Shown here: positions 28,759 through 41,075 of the stretch, in pieces
Layout of the letters: each line of letters begins with the position of its first letter
Position numbering within the stretch: the stretch's first letter is position 1
DNA from: Candidatus Moraniibacteriota bacterium
Lineage (GTDB): Bacteria; Patescibacteriota; Minisyncoccia; Moranbacterales; UBA1568
Length of the DNA: 64,000 nucleotides
Assembly: GCA_030648835.1 (NCBI GenBank)
Contig: JAUSGT010000002.1
Coordinates: forward strand, 373,458 to 437,457
Direction: 5' to 3'
Translations under genes and position numbers: made by a program
The notes under the pieces: generated by a model
Databases searched by the model: none
What the model saw: only the letters and a program-made list of their open reading frames with translations
What the model was told of the DNA's origin: nothing

Positions 28759-29247
28759 ATGAAAATTCCAAAATTGAAATTGTTTTCCGGTTTTACCATT
28801 ATTGAACTTCTCGTCGTTATTGCCATCATCAGTATCATCACTGTCGTCTTATTGCTCAGTTTCGGGGATAGTCGGGTCAAGAAGGAGCTGGAAACGAACG
28901 CCAATGAGTTCGCTGGGGTGGTGCGCGAAGCACAGAATTATGCTCTTACGGGAAAACAGGCCGGAGGGGGTACCGTGTGCGCTTTCTCCGTGACTTGGAC
29001 AACTCCGTCAACGTATAGCTTGGGGTATACCGCGTCTGGAAGTTGCGCGACAGCACCCACTTCTCTTGTCAGTTATTCTCTCAAAAATGGAGTAATCTTC
29101 AGCAATTCTGGAGCGGTTTCTTTCAAGTCACCGTGGGCGGAGGTCACAACAGGCGATGTGCAAGTAAATTTTTCCCGATCGGGAAATACCCACTCTGTCT
29201 GTGTCAATGCGGAGGGAAAGATATCCGAAGGGATAACCTGTCCATAA
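28759..29247 (+). CDS. minor pilin (FimT/GspH-like)
   Basis: GFTIIELLVVIAII N-methylation motif. Confidence 0.8.
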   Translation: MKIPKLKLFSGFTIIELLVVIAIISIITVVLLLSFGDSRVKKELETNANEFAGVVREAQNYALTGKQAGGGTVCAFSVTWTTPSTYSLGYTASGSCATAPTSLVSYSLKNGVIFSNSGAVSFKSPWAEVTTGDVQVNFSRSGNTHSVCVNAEGKISEGITCP

Positions 29248-29257
29248 GAATATTGTT

Positions 29258-29827
29258 ATGTTTTTTTTCGCGTGGAAGCGTTTTTTAAAGAAACCGGCCC
29301 GGAAAGGGTTTTTATTGGGTGAGATACTGCTGGCGGTGTTTGTGCTGGCAGTTGGCCTGACTTCAATCATCGCTATTATCGGGAACAGTCTCCAATATTC
29401 TCTTGAAAGCCAAAATATAATTGTGGCTTCTCAACTGGCTCAGGAAGGTATAGAGCTTGTACGCAATGTCCGTGATAACGATTTTGCGACCGGGGGGACC
29501 GGGTTTGCGGCTTTTTCCGGGAGTAAGCACTGCCGTATCGACTACAACAATTCCACAACAAACCTAAATTGCAATTCGTCTCTAGGATCGGCGGCTCGTT
29601 ATACACTGACGTATTCGGGCGGATTTTACCAGCATCAGGAATCTTCTCAAGAGCGTTTTTCGCGGTATGTCTATATTAATTACAGCGCGTCCGATTATGG
29701 CAAGGCTACGGTAAGAAGTTTTGTTTATTGGGGAACGTTTATACCGCTGAGTTCTGGCGAAGTCACCGGCTGTACGGCAGGGAACAGGTGCGTATTCAAT
29801 GAAGTCGATCTCAGAGGGTGGAAATAA
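29258..29827 (+). CDS. minor pilin (PilV-like)
   Basis: KGFLLGEILLA and LAQEGIELVRNVRD. Confidence 0.75.
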   Translation: MFFFAWKRFLKKPARKGFLLGEILLAVFVLAVGLTSIIAIIGNSLQYSLESQNIIVASQLAQEGIELVRNVRDNDFATGGTGFAAFSGSKHCRIDYNNSTTNLNCNSSLGSAARYTLTYSGGFYQHQESSQERFSRYVYINYSASDYGKATVRSFVYWGTFIPLSSGEVTGCTAGNRCVFNEVDLRGWK

Positions 29828-29841
29828 TCTCTCACATATTT

Positions 29842-30393
29842 ATGATACGAGTCTTTTCTCAAAAAAATCGGAGCGGTTTCACACTGATAGAAGTGTTGGT
29901 TTCGGTGGCTATTTTTCTTGTCGTTATGGTAACCACGTCGTATATCTTCACGCGGGCCTTCGCGGGGTACAAGGAAACGAAAGCTCTCCAGCACGATATC
30001 GAGAACGCGCAGTACGTACTGAATCTTCTGGCCAAGGAATTGCGCACCAGTTCTATCGCCGATTTCGGTTCGGATTGGGTGCAGTTCATTGATTATTCCC
30101 AGAGCATATGTTTTCGATATCGGATCAACGGTGGAAGTCTGCAGGTGGCGAAAGTATCAAGTATGAAAACGCTTTCTGCTTGTCAATCGAATAGTTTCGT
30201 ATCAGGGGACTACACGACCATCAGTACCGGAACGGTAAGCGGGAAGTTTAATGTCATACGCTCAGATCCGACCGTGGGTTCGAAAAGAGTCGGGAAAGTC
30301 ACTACTTCGCTTGTTATCCGTGAAGGAACGGCGCATGAGGCTCGTATCCAGACAACAGTTTCCCTTCGGGATTTCGGTTATATCGTACTTTAA
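29842..30393 (+). CDS. minor pilin (PilW-like)
   Basis: SGFTLIEVLVS and LAKELR; terminal QTTVSLR. Confidence 0.75.
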   Translation: MIRVFSQKNRSGFTLIEVLVSVAIFLVVMVTTSYIFTRAFAGYKETKALQHDIENAQYVLNLLAKELRTSSIADFGSDWVQFIDYSQSICFRYRINGGSLQVAKVSSMKTLSACQSNSFVSGDYTTISTGTVSGKFNVIRSDPTVGSKRVGKVTTSLVIREGTAHEARIQTTVSLRDFGYIVL

Positions 30394-30498
30394 ACGAAGT
30401 CTCCATTTTTGCTTTGAAAAAGCTCTTTTTGGAGCTTTTTTTCATTCCTCCAAGATGGTATACTGTATGTATCAGAACCCATCTCAAGTAGAATCCTC

Positions 30499-32852
<2,354 letters not shown>

Positions 32853-32855
32853 AAT

Positions 32856-32970
32856 GTTTTCAATACCTAAGACCTAATATCCAATACCTAATAAAAATTT
32901 AATGCTTAAATTTCAAAATTTACATATTGGATATTTATTAGAAATTAGGAATTAGATATTAGAAATTTTT
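32856..32970. repeat. heptamer-periodic AT-rich element; inverted copy of 35384-35497
   Basis: gttttcaatacctaagacctaatatcc...gaaattaggaattagatattagaaatttt matches the reverse complement of 35384-35497. Confidence 0.75.
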
Positions 32971-32975
32971 GAAGT

Positions 32976-33263
32976 ATGTTAACGAAAGAAGAAGTAAAAA
33001 ATATTGCTCTATTGGCTCGTATCGGAATCAAGGAGGACGAGGTAGAGAAGTACCAAAAGGACCTTTCGGCGGTGCTTGATTTTTTTCGTGAGCTGGAAAC
33101 AGTAAAAACAGACGGTGTAGAACCGATTGGCCATATTACCGGAATGGTCGGTGTGGCGCGGACGGATCAAACGGAAGATTTCGAAAGTGTGGGGAAAGCG
33201 GAAATCATCAAGAATGTTCCGGAAACGAAAGATGGGTTCGTGAAAGTGAAGTCCGTATTTTAG
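32976..33263 (+). CDS. gatC: Asp/Glu-tRNA amidotransferase subunit C
   Basis: EEVKNIALLARI...DGFVKVKSVF; upstream of gatA. Confidence 0.93.
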   Translation: MLTKEEVKNIALLARIGIKEDEVEKYQKDLSAVLDFFRELETVKTDGVEPIGHITGMVGVARTDQTEDFESVGKAEIIKNVPETKDGFVKVKSVF

Positions 33264-33395
33264 TGTATGCCCGGTAGTAGAATTTCGACCGGGCAAGTTT
33301 GTAAACGTACTTAAAGTTATGACTAAAAGATTAAGAAGGATTTAAATTTCTAGAATGTATGTGTTGAATACATTGTCGAAATTTCACTACCGGGT

Positions 33396-34847
33396 ATGAT
33401 TCGCGAGCTTCATGAAAAACTTGTCAGAGGTGAGATAACCTCTGTCAGCCTTACAGAAAAATATCTCCAAGCCATCGAAGCAAAAGACGGCGAAATAGGG
33501 GCGTATTTGACGGTGCTGCGCGAGCAATCTTTGGTGGAAGCGTCTTTTGTGGATGAACAACTAAGGCGAGGGGAGAAGATTGATTTGCTTTCGGGTATCC
33601 CCGGCGCGATCAAAGACAATATCTGTGTGGCGCGTGTTCGGGCAACCGCCGGTTCAAAGATCCTCGACAATTATATCGCTCCGTACGATGCCACCGTGAT
33701 TGAAAGGGTCAAGAGGAAAGGGGCTGTTGTATTGGGGAAAACCAATATGGATGAATTCGCTATGGGTTCATCGACAGAAAATAGCGCTTATCGGAAAACC
33801 AAGAATCCAGTCGATATTTCGCGGGTGCCGGGCGGCTCTTCCGGTGGATCGGCCGCCGCTGTGGCGGGAGGTGAAGCGGTATGGGCTCTGGGGTCCGACA
33901 CCGGCGGTTCTATTCGCCAGCCAGCCTCGTTTTGTGGTGTGGTGGGGCTCAAACCGACCTATGGACGCGTATCGCGCTTCGGGCTGATAGCGATGGCATC
34001 GAGTCTGGATCAAATCGGTCCATTTGGGGAGAGTGTGGAAGATGTGGCTATAGTTTTTTCTCGGATAGCCGGGTTTGATAAGAAGGATGCGACAACGGCT
34101 CCAAGCGGCAATGACAAGCCTTTTGAAGAATATCTGACTGGTGATATAACTGGGCTTTCTATCGGCATCCCCAAGGAATATTTTTCCGAAAGTTTGGATC
34201 CGCGTGTCCGAGCAATTACGGATAAAGCTATCGAACGCTTTACATCACTTGGGGTAATCGTAAAGGAAATCTCTTTGCCACACAGTGAGTACGCCTTGCC
34301 CGTGTACTATATCATCATGCCTTGTGAGGTGAGTTCCAATTTGGCGCGTTTCGACGGCATCAAATATGGGATGCGTGTCAACGATGTCAAAGATTCTCTT
34401 GCCCATACGAATGCACTGCTGGAAACGTATTTGGATACACGGCGGGTTGGTTTTGGCACAGAGGTGAAACGACGTGTTATGCTGGGGACGTACGCGCTCT
34501 CTGCCGGGTACTATGACGCGTATTATCTCAAGGCGCAGAAGGTCCGGGCGCTTATCAAGCAAGATTTTGAAGAAGCTTTCAAACAGGTAGATTTGATTTT
34601 TTCTCCGACCACCCCGGAGCCGGCATTTCGGTTCGGTGAAAAGGGAGATGATCCGCTCAAGATGTATCTCTCGGATATTTATACGGTGACGGCGAATCTG
34701 GCCGGTGTCCCGGCAATTTCCTTTCCAATGGGGACTATTGAAAAGGGAGATAAAGCGCTTCCGATCGGTGGGCAGCTTTCCGCCAAATGGTTTGATGAGG
34801 AAACTCTCTTGCGGGCGGCGGATGCTTTTGAAAAAAGCTTAAAATAA
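33396..34847 (+). CDS. gatA: Asp/Glu-tRNA amidotransferase subunit A
   Basis: Amidase signature GGSSGGSAA, GSDTGGSIRQPA, GYYDAYY. Confidence 0.96.
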   Translation: MIRELHEKLVRGEITSVSLTEKYLQAIEAKDGEIGAYLTVLREQSLVEASFVDEQLRRGEKIDLLSGIPGAIKDNICVARVRATAGSKILDNYIAPYDATVIERVKRKGAVVLGKTNMDEFAMGSSTENSAYRKTKNPVDISRVPGGSSGGSAAAVAGGEAVWALGSDTGGSIRQPASFCGVVGLKPTYGRVSRFGLIAMASSLDQIGPFGESVEDVAIVFSRIAGFDKKDATTAPSGNDKPFEEYLTGDITGLSIGIPKEYFSESLDPRVRAITDKAIERFTSLGVIVKEISLPHSEYALPVYYIIMPCEVSSNLARFDGIKYGMRVNDVKDSLAHTNALLETYLDTRRVGFGTEVKRRVMLGTYALSAGYYDAYYLKAQKVRALIKQDFEEAFKQVDLIFSPTTPEPAFRFGEKGDDPLKMYLSDIYTVTANLAGVPAISFPMGTIEKGDKALPIGGQLSAKWFDEETLLRAADAFEKSLK

Positions 34848-34854
34848 ATAGGGT

Positions 34855-35385
34855 ATGGAGACTGATATTTTTGGTGCCGCATATATCATTTGGCAAAATC
34901 TGGCCCAGTTTTTTTCCGGCTCTTTTCTGGTTGCGGCGATAAAATTCTTTCTCTTTATCTATGTTACAGTTTTGTTTATCGACATCATCCTGCTCCTCGT
35001 GTTGCGCGGAGTTTCCGCGGATATCAAGAAGACGCTTTTCGGTACCCACCGCCCACTCCTTTTGCGTTCCACGGCAATCAATCGTTTTGAAAAAAGTCTT
35101 GCTCGTTTGAAAAGCGGCAATCCGTCACAGTACAAAGTGGCTCTGCTTGAGGTGGATGCCTTTGCTGACGAGGTTCTTTCCGATATCGGGTATAAGGGCG
35201 CTACAATGACCGAGAAATTGGAGAGTATCCAAGATGGTCATTTGGGGGCAAAAGATCTCCTGATTGAGGCTCACCATGTTCGTAACCGTATCATTCACGA
35301 AGCCGATTTCGCGCTTACCTATGAAGAAGCCGAGAAATGGATAACCACCTATCGCGTGTTCTTCAACGAAGTGGAGCTATTTTAA
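34855..35385 (+). CDS. hypothetical membrane-anchored protein
   Basis: N-terminal TM; AHHVRNRIIHE in the C-terminal helical domain. Confidence 0.65.
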   Translation: METDIFGAAYIIWQNLAQFFSGSFLVAAIKFFLFIYVTVLFIDIILLLVLRGVSADIKKTLFGTHRPLLLRSTAINRFEKSLARLKSGNPSQYKVALLEVDAFADEVLSDIGYKGATMTEKLESIQDGHLGAKDLLIEAHHVRNRIIHEADFALTYEEAEKWITTYRVFFNEVELF

Positions 35386-35497
35386 AATTCCTAATATCTA
35401 ATTCCTAATTTCTAATGAATGCTCAATTCATAAATTTTGAAATTAAAACATTGAAATTTTGTTAGGTACTAGATATTAGGTATTAGGCATTGAAAAC
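35384..35497. repeat. heptamer-periodic AT-rich element; inverted copy of 32856-32970
   Basis: aaaattcctaatatctaattcctaatttc...ttaggtactagatattaggtattaggcattgaaaac. Confidence 0.75.
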
Positions 35498-35615
35498 CTA
35501 TTTTTTAGCAGAGTATTGGATGTTCGCAGCCACGTTGACAAGAGGAAGTCTATCTGATATCTTAGCTACATAAAGCCCTCGGGGCTTTTTTTAAGAGGGA
35601 AAGTAGAGAGTTTTT

Positions 35616-35801
35616 ATGAATAAGCTATTTTCATTTCTGGCAGAAGCCAAAGTCGAGCTTTCCCGCGTCAATTGGCCGACAAAGAAGCAGATTACCCGGT
35701 ACACCATTTTGGTTATTATTATCAGTCTTGTTGTGGCGCTTTTTCTCGGTAGCTTGGATTTTGTGTTCAGTTCTCTTGTCGAAAAATACCTCATCAAATA
35801 A
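35616..35801 (+). CDS. secE: preprotein translocase SecE
   Basis: ELSRVNWPT motif; upstream of nusG. Confidence 0.93.
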   Translation: MNKLFSFLAEAKVELSRVNWPTKKQITRYTILVIIISLVVALFLGSLDFVFSSLVEKYLIK

Positions 35802-35825
35802 TACCCACGTTAATTATCTTTTGTT

Positions 35826-36371
35826 ATGGCAAAACAAACGCAACATCATGGACGCGCGTGGTATGTGCTTCACACGTACTCGGGCTATGAAGACAATGTG
35901 GCGCGCAATCTGAAACAGAGAATTGAGTCGATGGATATGCAGGAATTTATCTTTGATGTCCTTGTCCCCAAAGAAAAGAAGATCAAGATCAAGGGTGGCA
36001 AACGTGTGGTAGTGGAGGAACGCATTTACCCCGGATACGTGTTGGTGGATATGATGGTGACGGATGCTTCATGGTATGTCGTACGCAACACGCCCAATGT
36101 GACCGGTTTTATCGGTTTGGGCACGACACCGACTCCGATTGATACCAAGGAAATCGAGGCTTTGAAGAAACGGATGGGTGTCGCCGAACCGAAGTACAAA
36201 ATCGATGTGCACGTGGGAGATGCGATCAAGATTATTGATGGTCCATTCAAAAACTTTGACGGTAAGATTCATGAAGTGGATGAGGAAAAGGGGAAAGTGA
36301 AGGTATTTGTTTCTATTTTCGGACGCGAGACGCCGGTGGAATTGGATTTCCTTCAGGTGAGAAAAGCATAA
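35826..36371 (+). CDS. nusG: transcription antitermination factor NusG
   Basis: WYVLHTYSGYE, PGYVLV, KOW, FGRETPVEL. Confidence 0.97.
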   Translation: MAKQTQHHGRAWYVLHTYSGYEDNVARNLKQRIESMDMQEFIFDVLVPKEKKIKIKGGKRVVVEERIYPGYVLVDMMVTDASWYVVRNTPNVTGFIGLGTTPTPIDTKEIEALKKRMGVAEPKYKIDVHVGDAIKIIDGPFKNFDGKIHEVDEEKGKVKVFVSIFGRETPVELDFLQVRKA

Positions 36372-36389
36372 TTTATCAAAGAATATATT

Positions 36390-36818
36390 ATGGCAAAGAC
36401 AATCAAGACCGTTATCAAACTGCAAATTGCCGCGGGTAAGGCGAATCCGGCCCCTCCGGTGGGCCCGGCTCTCGGTCAACATGGTCTGAATATTCAGGAT
36501 TTTTGCGGCAAATTCAACGAGGCGACCAAGGATCGTATGGGTGATGTTGTGCCGGCTGAGATTACCGTGTATGAAGATCGAACATTCACATTCGTTTTGA
36601 AAACATCTCCGGCTGCCGATCTCTTGAAGAAAGCCGCCAAGATAGACAAGGGTGCAGCCAATCCGCTCAAAGACAAGGTAGGCACCGTGACCAAGGCTCA
36701 AGTTCGTGAAATTGCCGAAAAGAAAATGGCGGATCTCAATGCCAATGATGTGGAAATGGCCATGCGGATTATTGAAGGTTCCGCTCGTTCGATGGGAATT
36801 AAAGTGACAGAAAATTAA
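36390..36818 (+). CDS. rplK: 50S ribosomal protein L11
   Basis: [22 protein letters not shown]. Confidence 0.97.
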   Translation: MAKTIKTVIKLQIAAGKANPAPPVGPALGQHGLNIQDFCGKFNEATKDRMGDVVPAEITVYEDRTFTFVLKTSPAADLLKKAAKIDKGAANPLKDKVGTVTKAQVREIAEKKMADLNANDVEMAMRIIEGSARSMGIKVTEN

Positions 36819-36824
36819 ATTTTC

Positions 36825-36877
36825 TGTCATCCCCACGAAAGCGGGGATCTAGATCCCGGATCAAGTCCGGGATGACA
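36825..36877. repeat. GTCAT...ATGAC palindromic element between rplK and rplA
   Basis: tgtcatccccacgaaagcggggatctagatcccggatcaagtccgggatgaca. Confidence 0.8.
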
Positions 36878-36897
36878 ATAAGATTATCATTAATAAT

Positions 36898-36933
36898 GTG
36901 GGAGAGTTATAGTAAAAAACTCGTTTGTACCAC
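36898..36933 (+). promoter_or_regulatory. putative ribosomal protein L1-binding leader
   Basis: GTGGGAG-agtt...aactc...ACCAC stem immediately before the rplA ATG, like known L1 operator sites. Confidence 0.55.
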
Positions 36934-36941
36934 GTAAAATT

Positions 36942-37631
36942 ATGTCTAGAGGAAAACAGTATCGCAGCGTAGCGGAAAAGCTTGACGTCGAAAAAGAATA
37001 CGCCCCGGAAGAAGCTATCGCATTTTTGAAGGAGAATAAGACCGCGAAGTTTGATGAATCTGTGGAAGTGCATGTGCGATTGGGGATCAATATCAAGAAA
37101 TCCGATGAAATGGTGCGGGCAACGATCGTTCTGCCGGAAGGCACCGGTCGGTCTCAAAGAGTGGCTGTCGTTACCAGTACGAAAGAAAAAGAAGCCAAGG
37201 AGGCAGAGGCGGATCTTGTAGGTGGTGAAGAGCTGATCAAAGATATTAAGGATGGCAAGGTGATCCCCGGTCAGGCGTTTGACGTTTTGCTCGCGACACC
37301 GGAAATGATGCCGAAACTCGCTCCGATTGCCAAAATCCTTGGCCCCAAAGGAATGATGCCGTCACCCAAAACGGAAACCGTCACCCCCAAGATCAAGGAG
37401 GCCGTTCTGATGCTCAAGAAGGGAAAAAAAATCAGTTTCAAGAACGATGATACGGGCAATCTGCATCAGATTATCGGCAAACTCTCTTTTACCGCCGAAG
37501 CATTACTTCAAAATTATCAGGCTCTTCGTGAAGCGCTCAATAAGATAAAACCGGAGAATATGAAGGGGAAACTCATCAAGTCAATTACTCTCTGTTCGAC
37601 GATGGGGCCGAGTCTCCAAATCAAGACATAG
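36942..37631 (+). CDS. rplA: 50S ribosomal protein L1
   Basis: KFDESVEV, LGPKGMMPSPK, STMGPS. Confidence 0.97.
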   Translation: MSRGKQYRSVAEKLDVEKEYAPEEAIAFLKENKTAKFDESVEVHVRLGINIKKSDEMVRATIVLPEGTGRSQRVAVVTSTKEKEAKEAEADLVGGEELIKDIKDGKVIPGQAFDVLLATPEMMPKLAPIAKILGPKGMMPSPKTETVTPKIKEAVLMLKKGKKISFKNDDTGNLHQIIGKLSFTAEALLQNYQALREALNKIKPENMKGKLIKSITLCSTMGPSLQIKT

Positions 37632-37727
37632 TTCTCCCAAAAGATCCCGCTGTGGCGGGATTTTTCTTTTGTTTGACCGGCTTTTTCGCCTTTGGTATAC
37701 TGAAAGGGACCTTTTACGTGTAGTGCT

Positions 37728-38408
37728 ATGGCCGCCGGTTTTGAAATTGAAATAAAGAGCTTGCTCGGAAGCAAGGAAAATGCCGACGCTTTGAAAGAAC
37801 GTTTTTTTGTTTTGTTCCCGCAAGCAAAACTGGTCAGCAAGAACAACCAACTCAATCATTATTTCGAAGGAGGGGATATTGTAAAATTGCGGGAAAAATT
37901 TGCGGAGCGCGTCCCGACTGATCACAAGGATGCTTTCGAGAATATCTTGCGTGTTGGGAAAAATCACTCTGTCCGCACACGACAATTGGACAAAACGGTT
38001 ATTTTGGTCATCAAAGCATCGATCGATGATACGACCAGTTCCAACGGTATCTCACGTATGGAATGCGAAGTGATTTTTCCCGAGCTCACTCTCGACCAAC
38101 TTGACCAACTGTTACTTGAAGCGGGTTTTACGTATCAGGCAAAATGGTCGCGGGAACGGGAGCAGTATGAAGCTCCCGAGATGACGTTGTGTATCGACAA
38201 GAATGCCGGGTATGGTTATTTGGCCGAATTTGAGAAAGTAGTCCAATCTGCCGAAGCCGCGGAAAAAACGCGCGATGAATTGCGCAAGGTTATGCACCAA
38301 TTGGAGGTTGCGGAGCTTTCTCAGGAACGACTCGAGCGTATGTTCGCTTTTTACAACGCTCATTGGCCCGAATATTATGGAACCGATAAAGTATTTACTA
38401 TTGAATAA
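37728..38408 (+). CDS. CYTH (triphosphate tunnel) domain protein
   Basis: N-terminal EIEIK (ExExK), RECE-like and LAEFE motifs. Confidence 0.7.
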   Translation: MAAGFEIEIKSLLGSKENADALKERFFVLFPQAKLVSKNNQLNHYFEGGDIVKLREKFAERVPTDHKDAFENILRVGKNHSVRTRQLDKTVILVIKASIDDTTSSNGISRMECEVIFPELTLDQLDQLLLEAGFTYQAKWSREREQYEAPEMTLCIDKNAGYGYLAEFEKVVQSAEAAEKTRDELRKVMHQLEVAELSQERLERMFAFYNAHWPEYYGTDKVFTIE

Positions 38409-38417
38409 TACAAGCAT

Positions 38418-38981
38418 ATGTATCTCTCCGATCGTGATATCAAACAGGCGGTGAAGGAAGGGACGATTACCATCCGTGATTTCGATCCGAAACGCTTGGG
38501 CCCGGTCAGCTATGACGTCATTCTTGACAATGATTTTATTGTGACGGACGTGCATCGGACGTTGGTCATCGATCCCGTAAAAAAAGTGTTTCCTCAAACG
38601 AAAGAGCACCATGTCAAAGAAGGAGAACCGTTCTATCTCTTCCCTGGGGAGACAGTGCTCGGCAAGGTGCGCGATTTTGTGGGGAGCGACAAATACCTCA
38701 TCCAGATTTCAGGCAAAAGCAGTTTGGCGCGCATTGGCCTCGTCGTGCATAATACCGCGGGGCTTATCAATCCCGGGCATTATCTCAATCTGACACTGGA
38801 ACTCTCCAATATCAATCGTGTTCCGCTCGTCTTGCGTCCCGGGATGCAGATCGCGCAATTCGTGTTTTCGACTCTGACGAGTCCCGTTATGAGCAATTAC
38901 AAGGAAGTTGGCCGCTTTCATAAGAATAACTGGGAACATTTCAAGCCAGCCAAGTCGCGCAGCATCAAGAAAAAGAAGTAA
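38418..38981 (+). CDS. dcd: dCTP deaminase
   Basis: LSDRDI, PVSYD, GKSSLARIGL, TLELSN, IAQFVF. Confidence 0.9.
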   Translation: MYLSDRDIKQAVKEGTITIRDFDPKRLGPVSYDVILDNDFIVTDVHRTLVIDPVKKVFPQTKEHHVKEGEPFYLFPGETVLGKVRDFVGSDKYLIQISGKSSLARIGLVVHNTAGLINPGHYLNLTLELSNINRVPLVLRPGMQIAQFVFSTLTSPVMSNYKEVGRFHKNNWEHFKPAKSRSIKKKK

Positions 38982-38991
38982 TATCAAAACC

Positions 38992-39990
38992 ATGGAAACG
39001 AAACGTCATCCGGAATATCAGTACCTCGATCTTTGCCAAGATATTCTTGACCATGCGACACGTCAAGAGGACCAAGGAACGGGTGATGTAACGCACAGCG
39101 TGTTCGGTCGTCAGATACGCTTTGATTTGGCTCACGAGTTTCCGCTGCTCACTACCAAGAAGGTATTTTGGAAGGCAGTGATACACGAACTGTATTGGTT
39201 TATCTCCGGTCAATCCAACGTACAGTATCTGGCCAAAAACGGCGTGCATATATGGGATGATTATCCGTACCGGATCTACCGTGAAAAGATAAGCAAGGGT
39301 CTCATGCCGGAGATGACCAAAGAAGATTTTGTTAAAAAGCTCATAGAGGATGATACGTTTGCCAAAGAACACGGAGAACTTAAGCATATTTATGGAGAAT
39401 TATGGCGACGGTGGCCAGCAACCGATGGACGAAACGTTGATCAGTTGGCCTGGGCGGTAGAGGAACTCCGACATGATCCGAACGCACACAATGTTATTGT
39501 GACTTCGTGGAATCCACAGTATCTCTACGGTATGGCGCTTCCGGAAGAGGCACTGCGTTTCCCAATTTGTCACAATATGTATCAATTGAGTATCCAGCAC
39601 GAGAAAGTCTGCCTTCAACTCTATCAGCGGAGCGCCGATATTTTTCTCGGTGTGCCTTTCAACATCGCAAGCTACGCACTTTTGACGCATATTGTGGCGC
39701 GCGCGTTGGGGCGAGAAGCGGGTGAGTTTATCCATACATTCGGGGATGTGCATGTGTATGAAAATCATATTGAACAAGTGAAGGAACAGATGGGTCGTGA
39801 GCCGCGGCCTTTCCCGCAGATTTCCCTTGATGCCAGCGTGAAGAGTATTGATGATTTCCGCCCCGAGCATGTCACTTTGACCGGGTATGATCCTCATCCA
39901 GCGATCAAGGCAGAATTGGCGCTGGTCGGTGGAAAAAGCTCGTCAGAGTGGAAAGAATTTATACGGAAGAAGAAAGCGAGTATACAGTAA
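38992..39990 (+). CDS. thyA: thymidylate synthase
   Basis: FPLLTTKK, PICH, YQRSADIFLGVPFNIASY, GDVHVYENH. ATG at 38992. Confidence 0.96.
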   Translation: METKRHPEYQYLDLCQDILDHATRQEDQGTGDVTHSVFGRQIRFDLAHEFPLLTTKKVFWKAVIHELYWFISGQSNVQYLAKNGVHIWDDYPYRIYREKISKGLMPEMTKEDFVKKLIEDDTFAKEHGELKHIYGELWRRWPATDGRNVDQLAWAVEELRHDPNAHNVIVTSWNPQYLYGMALPEEALRFPICHNMYQLSIQHEKVCLQLYQRSADIFLGVPFNIASYALLTHIVARALGREAGEFIHTFGDVHVYENHIEQVKEQMGREPRPFPQISLDASVKSIDDFRPEHVTLTGYDPHPAIKAELALVGGKSSSEWKEFIRKKKASIQ

Positions 39991-40006
39991 TGGGTTTTGA
40001 TCAGCT

Positions 40007-40495
40007 ATGCAGAAACCGCGTATCAGCATGATTGCCGCCATCGCGAAAAAAGACCGCGCTATCGGGAAAGATAACGCGCTTCTGTGGCATATTCCGGAAG
40101 ATTTCCAGCATTTCAAGAACACGACGAGCGGGCATGCCATTATTATGGGAGAGAACACGTTCAAATCAATTGGCAAAGCGCTTCCCAGCCGTATCAATAT
40201 TGTGCTGTCGCTGACGCCGGATTTCGCGCCGGAGGGCTGTCTTATGGTACATTCTCTTGATGAGGCGCTGGCCGTAGCCAAAGAACATGAATCGGAAGAA
40301 ATTTTTATTTGTGGTGGAGCGAGCGTCTATAAGCAAATGATTTCGTATGCTACACGTTTGTACCTGACACTGGTGGAAGGTAATTTTGAAGCCGATACTT
40401 TTTTCCCCGAGTATGGCGAGTTTACGAAGGTGGTAAGCGAAGAAAAAATCGATACCGGGGAATACGCATTCACGTTTGTGGTGCTAGAAAGATAA
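40007..40495 (+). CDS. folA: dihydrofolate reductase
   Basis: IGKDNALLWHIPEDFQHFK, IIMG, ICGGASVY, DTFFP. Confidence 0.95.
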   Translation: MQKPRISMIAAIAKKDRAIGKDNALLWHIPEDFQHFKNTTSGHAIIMGENTFKSIGKALPSRINIVLSLTPDFAPEGCLMVHSLDEALAVAKEHESEEIFICGGASVYKQMISYATRLYLTLVEGNFEADTFFPEYGEFTKVVSEEKIDTGEYAFTFVVLER

Positions 40496-40512
40496 ATAAT
40501 TAATAGGTAAAT

Positions 40513-41070
40513 ATGCAAAAAATTATTATCGGTGTCGCGGGAGAAATCGCTTCCGGTAAGGATACGGTGGGAAAATATATAGCGGAAAAGTATGACGCTT
40601 TGCCACTCCGGTTTTCTCAGCCTCTGCGGGACATTCTTGATAGAATAGGGATAGAACAAAATCGGGAAAATATGGCCAAGCTTTCTCTCTATCTACGCAA
40701 AGCTTTCGGTGAAGATATCCTTTCGAGATCTATCCTCATTGAAGCGGAAAAAAGTCCGAAGAACCTTGTGGTAGTGGATGGCGTGCGCCGATTGCCGGAT
40801 ATCATTCATATGGAAACGGATGAACATTTCTATTTTGCCTTTGTGGAAGTTTCTTCGGAAAAACGTTACGAGCGGCTTATCAAGAGGCGACAGAATGTGG
40901 ATGACGCGACAAAAACCCCTGTTCAGTTCGACAAGGATGCCAAGCTGGAGACGGAGCTGCAGATCGGCGATCTGAAGACACGGGCAGATTTCATAATCAA
41001 TAATGACGGGACATTGGAAGAGCTGTATACACAGATTGACAGGGTAGTGGAAGAGTTGAAAAAAAGATAA
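40513..41070 (+). CDS. P-loop nucleotide kinase (dNMP/dephospho-CoA kinase-like)
   Basis: GEIASGKDT, VVDGVR, ADFIINNDG. Confidence 0.75.
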   Translation: MQKIIIGVAGEIASGKDTVGKYIAEKYDALPLRFSQPLRDILDRIGIEQNRENMAKLSLYLRKAFGEDILSRSILIEAEKSPKNLVVVDGVRRLPDIIHMETDEHFYFAFVEVSSEKRYERLIKRRQNVDDATKTPVQFDKDAKLETELQIGDLKTRADFIINNDGTLEELYTQIDRVVEELKKR

Positions 41071-41075
41071 GGCCT

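Noticed and set aside
34855-35385. RNRIIH as an HEPN defence toxin
   Set aside because: The motif is present, but the gene sits in core context behind gatA with core-like composition; insufficient support for a defence role.
36069-36836. 255-aa minus-strand ORF
   Set aside because: Antisense to nusG/rplK; a common artefact at this locus.
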